IMG/VR virus record: IMGVR_UViG_3300020045_006566
Location: 1-40,681 of that record
Origin: a virus
Lineage: Duplodnaviria; Caudoviricetes
Reading direction: 5' to 3' (one strand)
Length of the DNA stretch: 40,681 bases
A model generated the notes under the pieces. The model ran no database searches. It worked only from the letters and a program-made list of their open reading frames with translations, and was not told the origin of the DNA. This document shows positions 6,970 through 16,089 of this stretch, in pieces (the first letter of the stretch is position 1; the number at the start of each line of letters is the position of its first letter). The position numbers and the translations under genes were made by a program.

Positions 6970-7158
6970 ATGGCGAAACCGAAAGGGGAAAAGGCGTTTG
7001 ACGACGCGGTTAGAATCTTGTGCGATTCAAAATGGCACGCGCGGTACATTCGCATGTGCGACGCGATGGGGTTCAACAAATCGGAGCATATCCGCACGAA
7101 CATGGACAACGAATTGAAGCTGTTCGAGGAACTGCACCCCGTCGAGGCTCCGAAATGA
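6970..7158 (+). CDS. Small protein, possible ribbon-helix-helix regulator
   Basis: AAGGAGG RBS; VRILC beta strand, helix, then GFNKSEHIR (CopG/Arc-like turn-helix pattern). Confidence 0.55.
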   Translation: MAKPKGEKAFDDAVRILCDSKWHARYIRMCDAMGFNKSEHIRTNMDNELKLFEELHPVEAPK

Positions 7159-7418
7159 GCGAGAAGATTTACCGCCAGGCGGTGCTTACATTCGGCACCG
7201 AGGCCCAAACGCGCAAGGCGGCGGAGGAATGCATCGAGCTTTCCCTTGCATGCATGCACGCGCTCGATGGACGGGCGAACATGGCGAACATTGCCGAGGA
7301 ATGCGCTGACGTGGAAATCATGCTCGCCCAGATGCGCCTGATTTACGGCGATAAAGAAATTGACGCATGGAAAGAGAAAAAACTCAATGCCCTTGCCCTC
7401 AAGATCGAAGCGCTCTAA
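7155..7418 (+). CDS. MazG-like NTP pyrophosphatase
   Basis: ATGA-coupled start at 7155; EECIEL...IAEECADV motifs. Confidence 0.8.
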   Translation: MSEKIYRQAVLTFGTEAQTRKAAEECIELSLACMHALDGRANMANIAEECADVEIMLAQMRLIYGDKEIDAWKEKKLNALALKIEAL

Positions 7419-7749
7419 ATACGGGGCCGTCAAGGTAGAAATCGACGGCACGAAATACGACAGCCGGAAAGAGGCCCGACGCGGCGAGGAGCTGAAAATG
7501 CTCGCCCGCGCCGGGGTCATCTCTGATTTGCGCTTTCAAGTCCGGTTTATCCTGCTGGAAGGGTTTACCCGGGACGGCGCGAAAATCAGGCCGATTGAAT
7601 ATGTCGCCGACGCGGTTTACGTCGAGGACGGAAAAACCATCGTCGAGGACACAAAAAGCGCGATTACCCAAAAAAAAGAATCCTACCGCCTCAAAAAAAA
7701 GCTGTTTTTATTCCGCTACCCCGATCTGACATTCCGCGAAAACATTTGA
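7387..7749 (+). CDS. DUF1064 PD-(D/E)xK nuclease-like protein
   Basis: SKYGA....DG..YDS.KEA.R, YVAD..Y, VEDTKS and Y.LKKKLF motifs. Confidence 0.9.
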   Translation: MPLPSRSKRSKYGAVKVEIDGTKYDSRKEARRGEELKMLARAGVISDLRFQVRFILLEGFTRDGAKIRPIEYVADAVYVEDGKTIVEDTKSAITQKKESYRLKKKLFLFRYPDLTFRENI

Positions 7750-7758
7750 TTATTTCCC

Positions 7759-7787
7759 TTGCAATATATGTACACTTGTGTTACCAT
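7759..7787 (+). promoter_or_regulatory. sigma70-type promoter
   Basis: TTGCAA-N17-TACCAT. Confidence 0.6.
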
Positions 7788-7808
7788 AGATTATATGGAG
7801 GTGCAAAT

Positions 7809-7898
7809 ATGATGCGGTTTTTCGATTGGCTTTTCGACCCCGAGCCGTGGAATAGCGAAACACATTCCGCGACGAGGTATGCAAATGCTGAACTCTGA
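7809..7898 (+). CDS. 29-aa small ORF
   Basis: Strong GGAGGT RBS; MMRFFDWLFDPEPWNSETHSATRYANAEL; first ORF after the promoter. Confidence 0.5.
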   Translation: MMRFFDWLFDPEPWNSETHSATRYANAEL

Positions 7899-8112
7899 CG
7901 AGATCCGGTATTGCGAAGGGAAGAGATGCTACACCGAACGCGAGGCCGGGGAGGTCATCAACTCCGCAAAGCGGGGTAGGTCAGGGCATCGGCATGGCGA
8001 TCGGGTGAACGTTCGGGCGGGACGAAAGAACATCCCGAAGCGAAAATACCCGTGTAAAATATGCGGGATGTGGCATGTGACTCATTATAGTTATTTCAAG
8101 GGGAAGGAGTGA
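7879..8112 (+). CDS. Small Zn-finger-like protein
   Basis: C..KRCY...EA and RKYPCKICGMWHVT. Confidence 0.7.
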   Translation: MQMLNSDEIRYCEGKRCYTEREAGEVINSAKRGRSGHRHGDRVNVRAGRKNIPKRKYPCKICGMWHVTHYSYFKGKE

Positions 8113-8115
8113 ATC

Positions 8116-9024
8116 ATGAGTGAAGGAAAGGAAATCGCGGTCGTCAATTTCAACGATCTGCGCGAAATGGCGAGTACAATGGCGGCGTCGGGTATGTTCG
8201 GGAAAAACCCGGCCCAGATGCTTTCCCTGATGTTGATTGCGCAGGCTGAAAACCTGCACCCGGCAATCGCGGCGCTGGAATACGACGTTATCCAGGGGCG
8301 GCCCGCGCTCAAGGGACAGGCGGCGCTTGCGCGGTTCCAGCAGGCCGGAGGGGTCGTCAACTGGATTACCCGCACCGAAACCGAAGCGAAGGCCGAATTC
8401 GTCCCGCCGAAGGGGAAACCACTCACGGTATCATGGACGATAGAAAAAGCGAAACGCATGGGGCTTGCCGATAAGGACAACTGGAAAAAACAGGCGGGCG
8501 TAATGCTTACATGGCGATGCGTTGCCGAGGGTGTCCGCGCCGTGTTTCCCGCGTGCCTCAATCGCATGTACCTTTCGGAAGAGGCGCAAGACTTCGAGCC
8601 GATGCGGAACGTCACCCCGGAAGGAAATCAGGTTTTTCAGGATACCGCGCCCGCGCCGAAAGTCGATCCGGAAGATAAAACCGACTGGACGGCGAAGGCA
8701 GCCGAGCTGACCGAAAAATACCAGATCGACCAGAAAATGAAGGCTGCAATCTGGAAGGATTCCGGATGCACGGCGAAAGGGTATTGCGAGAAGGTCGAGG
8801 CAATCATGAACGCCGAACCGCCTGCGGACGCCATTGATAGAAACGGCGACCTTTTCGGCTCCGAGGTGCAGGCCTTGACCGTCGAGCTTGAAAACTGGCT
8901 TGAGGATGAGTCCTTGCCGTCGATCATGCGCGAGGATATCCGGGCCACGCTTGAAGGCGGCGAAACCGACATCGGCAAGCTCACGGCACTGATTGCCAAG
9001 GTCAAACAGGCGGCGGGGAAGTAA
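8116..9024 (+). CDS. RecT/Bet-like ssDNA annealing protein
   Basis: VIQGRPAL, W...KA..MGL..KDNWKK....ML.WR......R..FP.....MY..EE motifs. Confidence 0.8.
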   Translation: MSEGKEIAVVNFNDLREMASTMAASGMFGKNPAQMLSLMLIAQAENLHPAIAALEYDVIQGRPALKGQAALARFQQAGGVVNWITRTETEAKAEFVPPKGKPLTVSWTIEKAKRMGLADKDNWKKQAGVMLTWRCVAEGVRAVFPACLNRMYLSEEAQDFEPMRNVTPEGNQVFQDTAPAPKVDPEDKTDWTAKAAELTEKYQIDQKMKAAIWKDSGCTAKGYCEKVEAIMNAEPPADAIDRNGDLFGSEVQALTVELENWLEDESLPSIMREDIRATLEGGETDIGKLTALIAKVKQAAGK

Positions 9025-9045
9025 AAACACTTCCAGTAAACCATA

Positions 9046-9074
9046 GCCCGGAGTCAATCGATTCCGGGCTTTTT
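9046..9074 (+). terminator. Intrinsic terminator
   Basis: AGCCCGGAGTC-AATC-GATTCCGGGCT followed by a T run. Confidence 0.8.
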
Positions 9075-9098
9075 ATTGCCCTTTCGTGCGATTATCTA

Positions 9099-9127
9099 TT
9101 GCAATATATGGCAATCAATGATAGAAT
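9099..9127 (+). promoter_or_regulatory. sigma70-type promoter
   Basis: TTGCAA-N17-TAGAAT; shares TTGCAATATATG with the 7759 promoter. Confidence 0.7.
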
Positions 9128-9163
9128 TATAGCAGGTCGAGAGGCCGAAGGAGTACGAGAAAC

Positions 9164-10036
9164 ATGGAAGAATCAAAGGGTATTGCCCTCATTGAAAGGG
9201 AATCAAAAGGAGGGCGGCTTACAACCAACATCGACGAACTGGAATCGTTCGTCGCGTCGAAGCTGGTCGAGTACACCCCGGAGAACTACAAGGGTGATTC
9301 AGACGCCGCGAAGAAGGATCGGGCGTTGCTGAACGCTTCGCAAAAGGCCGTCAGTTCCGCGCGTATCGATATCATCAAACGCGCCGAAGAAAAATACGGC
9401 ATTACCGAAGTCGAAACCCGGTGCAAAAAGGTCGAGAAGGATATCGCAACCGCTTCCCTGGCCCTTGATGCTATCGTCAAGCTGAAAGAGGAAGAGGAAA
9501 AAGCCGTCAGGATGGCCCAGATCAAGCAATTTTGGGAGGCGCAAAACTTCGACCTCGTGCCGCTTTCTCGCGTACTTGACCCTAAATGGCTCAACAAAAC
9601 CGCGAAAAACAAGGACATTTTCTCCGAGATCGAGAAGAAAATCGATACCATCCTTTCGGACGTCAAAACCCTCGAAACCCTCGAAGACGCCGACGTCCTC
9701 AAGTCGCTGTACCTCGATACCCTGGACATGGGCGCGGCAATCCGCAAGAGCGCCGACTTGAAAGCGTACCGCGAAAAACTCGCCGTTGAAGCGAAGGAGC
9801 GCGCCGAACGTGAAGCCCGAAAGGCCATGCAGACTCAACAGGTCGAACTTGCTCGCGAGGAAATCGAAGTGCAGAATAATGAGCCGGTCGTAAATCTCGC
9901 CGCGGCCGCCGCCGGAGAAGCACCGGACACTGATCCCGAAGAGGAATATACCTTGACGTTTTTCGCTCGCCGGTCGGTACTTTTCGCACTTCGTCAGTAC
10001 ATGACTGACCACGGTATTCGGTACACAAAACAGTAA
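9164..10036 (+). CDS. DUF1351 family coiled-coil protein
   Basis: N.DEL...V...L..Y, AKKDRA.LN, DPKWLNKT and Y..TLD motifs; next to the recombinase gene. Confidence 0.85.
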   Translation: MEESKGIALIERESKGGRLTTNIDELESFVASKLVEYTPENYKGDSDAAKKDRALLNASQKAVSSARIDIIKRAEEKYGITEVETRCKKVEKDIATASLALDAIVKLKEEEEKAVRMAQIKQFWEAQNFDLVPLSRVLDPKWLNKTAKNKDIFSEIEKKIDTILSDVKTLETLEDADVLKSLYLDTLDMGAAIRKSADLKAYREKLAVEAKERAEREARKAMQTQQVELAREEIEVQNNEPVVNLAAAAAGEAPDTDPEEEYTLTFFARRSVLFALRQYMTDHGIRYTKQ

Positions 10037-10051
10037 AAGAAGGCGGGGAAT

Positions 10052-10231
10052 ATGTACGACAAGAGATACTTAGGAGATTCCCCGCGCGAGGAGCGGGTTA
10101 CGAAAAAGGACGGGCACCCCGATGAGTGTTCGCCCTCGTGCTGTTTCTGGCCGTCGCCCCGCGCATGTTCGCGGTCCACGTGTCCGTTAAACAGGTCGAT
10201 AAAGGCACCGAAAAAGGAGATCAAGCTATGA
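10052..10231 (+). CDS. Small Cys-rich hypothetical protein (59 aa)
   Basis: Fills the gap; ATGA-coupled to the next gene. Confidence 0.5.
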   Translation: MYDKRYLGDSPREERVTKKDGHPDECSPSCCFWPSPRACSRSTCPLNRSIKAPKKEIKL

Positions 10232-10407
10232 AATTAGGCGATTACCTCGAATTGAGGAAACGAGGATGGAACGATTCGGCGGCGGAAGTTGTAGAGCTGC
10301 CGACGATGATCGAACGGTATCACGCGAAGGTGAACGAGATCCAGGCGATAATCGAAAGCCTCGATGAGAAATCGCTCGCGCTTGAAATCAATTTCAAGGG
10401 TCGGTAA
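10228..10407 (+). CDS. Hypothetical protein (59 aa)
   Basis: AAGGAG RBS before ATG 10228. Confidence 0.65.
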   Translation: MKLGDYLELRKRGWNDSAAEVVELPTMIERYHAKVNEIQAIIESLDEKSLALEINFKGR

Positions 10408-10410
10408 ATC

Positions 10411-10602
10411 ATGGCGGAAGTGACCATACCGAAGGAACTTGAGCTCGAAATGCTCAACGAGATGATCGCACAAAATATGACCATGAAGAGGGAATATATC
10501 ATCCGCGCGATACGGCAACAGGTGAACCGCGACAAGGCCGCAAGGGAGCGAAGCGAGGCCGCCAGCGCTAAACGGCGTGCGGTTATTGCCGGTACTGCAT
10601 AA
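10411..10602 (+). CDS. Small protein, possible ribbon-helix-helix regulator
   Basis: VTIPKEL...MKREYIIRAIRQQV pattern. Confidence 0.5.
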   Translation: MAEVTIPKELELEMLNEMIAQNMTMKREYIIRAIRQQVNRDKAARERSEAASAKRRAVIAGTA

Positions 10603-10643
10603 AGCGCGTTGCTTGTACAAGTTTGTAGAGTGTAGGAAATAAT

Positions 10644-10678
10644 AAGGCCCGCCGTGGATAACCACTTGCGGGCCTTTT
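10644..10678. terminator. Terminator between convergent operons
   Basis: AAGGCCCGC...GCGGGCCTT stem followed by a T run. Confidence 0.75.
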
Positions 10679-10700
10679 CTTATTCTATCGGTATTTCGCT

Positions 10701-11354
10701 TTATTCTGCGGGTTTATCCGTTCCCCAGACGATATGCGCCTTGTTGTCCGGATGGTCGAGGTTGTACGATTCCATTTCAAGCTGAACGGTTGATTTGAAC
10801 GCCGTCCAGTTGAAGGCGAACTCCGCTGTGTACGGACCCATTACGATCGTTCCGTCATCGATGCATAGGCAGACTTGCCAGACGCCCATTACGGGGTCGA
10901 AGTCGGTAACGGGCGGAGGCGGGCCAATCGGCGGAACGTTGATGAAGTCCCATTGCGCGTCAGGATATTCCATGTTATGAGACTCGACGGTCAGTGCGAC
11001 GGCATACGCCATAATTCCGTTATCATCGGGGAACGGCTCATATCCGATAACCGCGCCGTCATCGTAGAACATATACGACCATGCTGGAGTAACGCAAAGT
11101 GATGCCACGGGATCACCCGACGCGATTCCCCTGGCGGTCACGGAATAGGGTTTCCGTATCCATTTTGCGTCGGCAGCGGTCACGAGGGATAAGCGCGGGT
11201 CGTTCAGCGTGCCGGTGTCAGTGTCGATGACAGGATCGGGAGTAGGCTCGGATGGTCCGTCCGCGATAATTACGGTCGGCTCCGGTACGTCGATAACCGG
11301 ACTCTGGCAAGCGGTGAAAATGATAGCGAAAAGCAATAAAAACATCTTTTTCAT
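10701..11354 (-). CDS. Lipoprotein with internal two-fold repeat (moron; superinfection-exclusion candidate)
   Basis: MKKMFLLLFAIIFTAC lipoprotein signal; AAGGAG RBS; own promoter-like TGnTATACT upstream. Confidence 0.75.
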   Translation of the reverse strand: MKKMFLLLFAIIFTACQSPVIDVPEPTVIIADGPSEPTPDPVIDTDTGTLNDPRLSLVTAADAKWIRKPYSVTARGIASGDPVASLCVTPAWSYMFYDDGAVIGYEPFPDDNGIMAYAVALTVESHNMEYPDAQWDFINVPPIGPPPPVTDFDPVMGVWQVCLCIDDGTIVMGPYTAEFAFNWTAFKSTVQLEMESYNLDHPDNKAHIVWGTDKPAE

Positions 11355-11421
11355 GTAAGTTCTCCTTACCGACAAGTATACCACCGACTGCCGAAAAAAC
11401 AACAATCGGCGGCATAAATCG

Positions 11422-11601
11422 TTATTTTTCTTCGGTTTTCTCTACTTGAGCGTCAGGATCTTCGATCTCGACTGTCCGCGGGTCATCAGGGAATTCCTTA
11501 TTATGCGATTCGGCGGTGAGACGGGCGGCATATTCTATTACGTCGTTGTCGATCGGATGGCGCTCCGTGTGTGTCGCGCCGGTGATTGTTACGTATTTCA
11601 T
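11422..11601 (-). CDS. Small tail-fibre-associated protein (59 aa)
   Basis: ATGA-coupled to the tail fibre gene with GGAGGT RBS; MKYVTITGATHTERHPIDNDVIEYAARLTAESHNKEFPDDPRTVEIEDPDAQVEKTEEK. Confidence 0.7.
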   Translation of the reverse strand: MKYVTITGATHTERHPIDNDVIEYAARLTAESHNKEFPDDPRTVEIEDPDAQVEKTEEK

Positions 11602-12971
11602 GCGATGTACCTCCCGCCGTGAATGTAAAGATGAACCGTCATCGCCGGGCCGTGGGTTTCTTTGGCTGGTCTGGGTTGCCCACTTCCATCATTTAACATT
11701 GACGTCGCTGTATAAGACAATGATATAGTAGGAGTTGAGCTTGCTCCGCTTCCTATTTGGGTAGAATATTGATATGCCCCTGATGGAACCGTAGAGTTCA
11801 GTTTTGTCTCATGCCAGTGCCCCTGCAGGTGTCCACGTCTCCTCAATCCTCCGCTCACGAAATAACCATTCGCGTCATTAGCGCCCATGAGCGATAATCC
11901 GCGAGCCGACCAAACGCGGGCGGTAGTCGTGCTCCCTGCGATGCGGAAGGCGTAGAACTCGGCTGTTGCGGTGACGGCACCGGAGCCGTTTGCAGCGGTG
12001 AACGCAAAGGATACTGTTCGCAACGAGGCGTTTACGTTTGTCAGTTCGTAGGTTCCGGCTGTGATCGATCCGATTGCTGTCGCGAGTGTAATCGTCCGCC
12101 ATTTGGTGTACGAGCCGTGTTGCATTTCGTCTTCGAGAAGCGAAGCGAGCATGGCGATATGGTCGGCGTCGTTCGTGAATGTGAGCGTCGCGACGTTCGA
12201 TGCAATCGCCCAGTTCGTAACGCCGGGGGAGGAAATTTCCCCGGAGAGGCCGTCCTTGAAGATTGATTTTTGCGCGAGAAGGTATTCCACGAGGTCAGGC
12301 CAGTTGGTTTCCGAAATATCGACGTAGCTGTCAATATCGGTCAAGCAGAGCGCAGGGAAGTAATCGGGGTTCCCTGGGTTCGCCGAGCTTTTTGCCGCGG
12401 AAAACGATACGGGGTCGCGCCGGTCGAGAAGGGTGAACGGCTCGCCAATTTCGCGCCTGCGGGTAATCTCGAGTTTTCGGGGAAGGTACTTGTCGGTGTA
12501 GAGCGCGTACCCGGTGAATCCCATGGTATCGAGGTCCCATTTGAGCTGGCGAAGCGAATGGTCACCGGCCTCCCAGTAGGTGCCGTCGTCGGTCGCGGGA
12601 TCGTGGTTCAGGTTCGGGCTTCCGTCGGTTCCAGTTACCGAACGATAAATCATCCCGCCTTTCTGGCAATACGAGACGGTCGCATAATATTCGTTCGCGG
12701 CGTTCCATTCAGGTACGCCATTCTGAAACATATACGCGACTTGGCTCGTGAGAAGCAGAAACAGGGCGTTGAGGTCCTGAATCCGGGGCGGCTCGTTCGC
12801 GTTGTCGGTCGCGGCGAACCATCCCTGCTGAAAAGGGGCGAGGGATTGAATCGTCGCGAGGTCTTTTGTCGTGACCGGCGAGCCGAGTGAATCCGAGCCG
12901 AACGCGCCGAATTCGCCCGTTCCACCGGACGACCCGAATATCTTCTGCGGCACCATTGCTAATTTCGCCAT
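11598..12971 (-). CDS. Tail fibre protein
   Basis: Follows the baseplate wedge genes; N-terminal PPRIQDLNAL...QNGVPEW attachment region; C-terminal LQGHWH...ETHG collar/tip motifs. Confidence 0.85.
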   Translation of the reverse strand: MAKLAMVPQKIFGSSGGTGEFGAFGSDSLGSPVTTKDLATIQSLAPFQQGWFAATDNANEPPRIQDLNALFLLLTSQVAYMFQNGVPEWNAANEYYATVSYCQKGGMIYRSVTGTDGSPNLNHDPATDDGTYWEAGDHSLRQLKWDLDTMGFTGYALYTDKYLPRKLEITRRREIGEPFTLLDRRDPVSFSAAKSSANPGNPDYFPALCLTDIDSYVDISETNWPDLVEYLLAQKSIFKDGLSGEISSPGVTNWAIASNVATLTFTNDADHIAMLASLLEDEMQHGSYTKWRTITLATAIGSITAGTYELTNVNASLRTVSFAFTAANGSGAVTATAEFYAFRIAGSTTTARVWSARGLSLMGANDANGYFVSGGLRRRGHLQGHWHETKLNSTVPSGAYQYSTQIGSGASSTPTISLSYTATSMLNDGSGQPRPAKETHGPAMTVHLYIHGGRYIA

Positions 12972-12998
12972 GCTTATTCCTCCAATTTATTTACAGTT

Positions 12999-13730
12999 CT
13001 ATGAATACTTTGCCATGCAGCCGACAACTTCGGCGCTTGAATACAAAACCAGTCCAGAGGTGAATGTCGGTTCCGCGCCGCCGTATTTCGAGAATGAAAA
13101 AATATTATTTATATCCGTGACGATCATGAGGGCCGAGCCGACTCCGGAAGGGTTCGGCAACAGTCCCGATGATTTCGCAATAGTAAACAGTCGAGCCATA
13201 TTTTCGCCCACGAGGTAGCTGACGGTCATATTCATGCGGTCGAGGAAATACGCATCCGAGCCGAAAAGCTGGAAAAGCAAATCGTCAATGTCCTTGTCGG
13301 ACGCATTGGAATTGTTCCGGATAATGGCTATTTTCTGGATGGTCCGATATTCCTCATCGGTGAGTGCAAAAAGCGATTGGCTCGATTCAGTGTAATTCCT
13401 GAATAGCGCGTCCGGGGCATCCTCTCCGTATTTCAGCATGGGGAAGAAAGTAAACGGGCCCGTGTCTCCGTATTCTGAAAAACCGAAATAGGACCGGGTG
13501 AAGGTTGTCCCGGTGACGACTCGATTGGTTCCGAGATATTTCCCGAGTACGTCCTGCTGCATGCCGACTGCCGTTTCAATATCGTAACCGTCGCGAACCT
13601 GCGCGGCGACGTCGAATATCATGGTCGCTCGGATAAGCGCGTCGATGGTCGCCACGGCCTTCGGCTTATCGTTGTACTGCATGATGAGGAGTTCTTTGTA
13701 ATATTCGATCAGGTTTTCGTTTTCGCTCAC
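12999..13730 (-). CDS. Baseplate wedge protein (DUF2612-like)
   Basis: LIMQY.DKPKA, DIETAVG.Q.DVLGKY.G..R, L.DEEYR and LLP.PSGV motifs. Confidence 0.85.
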   Translation of the reverse strand: MSENENLIEYYKELLIMQYNDKPKAVATIDALIRATMIFDVAAQVRDGYDIETAVGMQQDVLGKYLGTNRVVTGTTFTRSYFGFSEYGDTGPFTFFPMLKYGEDAPDALFRNYTESSQSLFALTDEEYRTIQKIAIIRNNSNASDKDIDDLLFQLFGSDAYFLDRMNMTVSYLVGENMARLFTIAKSSGLLPNPSGVGSALMIVTDINNIFSFSKYGGAEPTFTSGLVLYSSAEVVGCMAKYS

Positions 13731-14908
13731 GATATGGTGATCCTTGCCGTGTCAAGAATGAACTTATTTTGAACGCTCGAAACGGAAATTACTTCGAGCC
13801 ATGTCATGCCGTCGGTGGACATCTGCATGCCGGTAATGCGGTATTTCGGGTTGAGCGTCTTGAGGAAGCACGTGATCTGGTCGCCCGAGGCGTCTTCGCC
13901 TATTTCATAGAGAACGTTTTCTACGATGAGGGATTTGATGTTCGCGGTGTCTATCGATCCGCCGTCGGTCAGTTCGAGGCTGAAACGGGCATAGAGGTCT
14001 TCCGATCTGGAGCGGTCGAATTTGATCTCTATCGTCCGGCCGTTCGTTCGAAGGACATCGACAACATCATCCCCGCGCATTCCGCACCCTGCCGAGCGCT
14101 TCGCGTAAATGGCCGCCGCTATTTCTGCGTCGGTTCCGCCTTCGACGATGACCCATATCGAGTGTGCCGGGGTCCCTTGAATGTCGGTCGACGCGGTGAC
14201 GTTTTCCTCACATATGCACGCGGTCACGCCGTCGAGTTCGAGAATCGTCGCTTCGATGGAATCGGTGTATCCTTGGGAAGCGCCCGTGATCGACCGTTCG
14301 CGCCGGACCTTGAGCGCTGCGTCGGATTCCTCGTCGATCCCTTGGACGGTAACGCTTGCCGTGTTGTTTATCGCGGTGACTCCGGCAATCGCGGTAACCG
14401 CCGTGGTAATCGTTCCGGTCGAGATGAGTATAGCGCCAATCTCGGCAGCGCGGAAGGAAAGGGAGTGAAGGCCCGCAGCGATGGTGACGGTATCGAGTAA
14501 TACGAACTGCGTGCCCGCGTCGTCCTTGATGGTGAAGACTCCCGACGGTATGGCAAGCGATTCGCTTTCCGCGTCCATGCCGGTCAGTGTGACGGAACGG
14601 TCAACGGTGATATTTACCGGTGTCACGGTGAAGATCGCGCCCTTCCGCTGGATTCCGTTTATCGCGACTCGCTGATCAAGCACGCGGCCGGCCGCCTGGT
14701 CAGGGTCGAAGCTGGAATTGATATCGGCGAGAACTTCCCGAAGGTCGATTCCTGCTTGCGCGTGAATGTTGATCGCCTGACCGTCTGGCGTGTCCGGGTC
14801 TACGTTGATGTCGTCGCCGTATATTTCCTTGTACGCCGTTTCGAGTTCGATCGTAAGGTCCGGCAAGGTCTTGAGTGTCAATCCGTCACGGTCTAAAATA
14901 TCGCTCAT
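13727..14908 (-). CDS. Baseplate J/gp47-like protein
   Basis: YG.DI...PDTPDGQ, FDPD.A.G..LD, G.DEESDAAL..R and HSI...VEGG motifs. Confidence 0.9.
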   Translation of the reverse strand: MSDILDRDGLTLKTLPDLTIELETAYKEIYGDDINVDPDTPDGQAINIHAQAGIDLREVLADINSSFDPDQAAGRVLDQRVAINGIQRKGAIFTVTPVNITVDRSVTLTGMDAESESLAIPSGVFTIKDDAGTQFVLLDTVTIAAGLHSLSFRAAEIGAILISTGTITTAVTAIAGVTAINNTASVTVQGIDEESDAALKVRRERSITGASQGYTDSIEATILELDGVTACICEENVTASTDIQGTPAHSIWVIVEGGTDAEIAAAIYAKRSAGCGMRGDDVVDVLRTNGRTIEIKFDRSRSEDLYARFSLELTDGGSIDTANIKSLIVENVLYEIGEDASGDQITCFLKTLNPKYRITGMQMSTDGMTWLEVISVSSVQNKFILDTARITIS

Positions 14909-14912
14909 GTTT

Positions 14913-15260
14913 TTAGGCCTCCGTGGTTATCGTCGCGTTGCCGAATATTGTTGCAATGGTCGCGCTAATCGTCAGTTCTCGGCTGTTTGAATCCAGTGTA
15001 CTCGTAAAATCTGAAATCCGCAAGACTCCGAGTGTCTGCAAAATGACGCGCTTGATGTCGAGGTCTAGCAGGGCCTTGCGCCCGATATCGAGATAGTTCG
15101 TGTAATCTACGCCCTCGGTCATGGCGAAAAAGCAATTGTTTTTCCACTGCCGGAGCCGCGTCTTGACATTTTGCATGAGCGCGTTTTTTTCGGTGACATA
15201 GGATTGAGCCCCGCGCCCGAATTGCCAATCCCCATTTATGTCCAGTGCTCGTGTTCTCAT
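14913..15260 (-). CDS. Baseplate wedge/sheath initiator (gp25-like)
   Basis: R.LD.NGDW.FG.G, Q.VKTRL, GVDY and TIFG; directly before baseplate J. Confidence 0.75.
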   Translation of the reverse strand: MRTRALDINGDWQFGRGAQSYVTEKNALMQNVKTRLRQWKNNCFFAMTEGVDYTNYLDIGRKALLDLDIKRVILQTLGVLRISDFTSTLDSNSRELTISATIATIFGNATITTEA

Positions 15261-15469
15261 GATACCGTCCCTGTTCCGATTGTCGCGCCGGTTCCCGTTC
15301 CGGTGTTCACCTGTACCGAAATTCCCGTGTTTACCGTTGCCGAAATAACCGCGTTACGGATAATGTCTGCCTCGGCGTCCGCGTATTGATCGTCGGTCAG
15401 TTCTTCCGTTTTCGCGCGTGCATATAATGCAAGGAGGGCCGCCTTGATCGTTGCTTTGACTACTGCCAT
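15257..15469 (-). CDS. Small baseplate-region protein (spike tip candidate)
   Basis: Coupled to the spike gene; G/T-rich beta C-terminus. Confidence 0.6.
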   Translation of the reverse strand: MAVVKATIKAALLALYARAKTEELTDDQYADAEADIIRNAVISATVNTGISVQVNTGTGTGATIGTGTVS

Positions 15470-16089
15470 TATTCCTCCAAAAGAGATTCAAACCGCGTCT
15501 TTATCGCCGATAATTGCGCCTGGCTCGCGGCCGTGACCGTGTGACTCGCCGGGCTTCCGTATGTCGTCAATCCGGATACGGCGTCGATTAGGTCTCCCAT
15601 GAGAGAAAACAGGGTCTCGATGTCGTTCTTGATGCGAACTTTTTTACCCGCGGCGATGATTCCGACGGAGGTGTCGACATGATCGAGGGATTTCGGCTTC
15701 GGGTTGAGGCCGACAAGGGCGATTCCGTCCGACATGGAATGTTTGCGGGGAGTGCGCGGATCGGTCACGTTCGCCGTGCTCCACCAGGTATCGATGTTTC
15801 GGTCGTTGAAAAGCACGAGGCAGAAATCCCCGGCAGTTATCGGCATATCGATATAGGCACCGCCGCCTTGAAGGACGAAATAGGGACAGTCGACCAACAT
15901 GGGCCATGTTGTGCTCGTTCCGTCTTGAGCGAGCCGCTTGATCTGGAGGGTAACTTCGACAGTCTGTTCGGCTGCGTTGATGCTTTCAATCATGCCGATA
16001 TTCACGCAGTTCATGGATGCGAAAATGCCGGCCGCGTGATCGTCGAGTATTTCCTTGAGGTTCGGCGGCATCTTCTCGTTTACGTTCAT
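15469..16089 (-). CDS. Baseplate central spike (Gp138-like N-terminus)
   Basis: GGG.....PI..GD.CLV.F.DR.ID.W and R.H..SDG motifs. Confidence 0.85.
   Translation of the reverse strand: MNVNEKMPPNLKEILDDHAAGIFASMNCVNIGMIESINAAEQTVEVTLQIKRLAQDGTSTTWPMLVDCPYFVLQGGGAYIDMPITAGDFCLVLFNDRNIDTWWSTANVTDPRTPRKHSMSDGIALVGLNPKPKSLDHVDTSVGIIAAGKKVRIKNDIETLFSLMGDLIDAVSGLTTYGSPASHTVTAASQAQLSAIKTRFESLLEE

Noticed and set aside
10416-10424. 9-nt match between the candidate sRNA 5' end and the start of the 10411 gene
   Set aside because: A 9-mer match is not unlikely by chance in a 40-kb genome.
11598-11900. Diversity-generating retroelement or invertible tail-fibre tip
   Set aside because: No reverse transcriptase, invertase or duplicated template region was seen.
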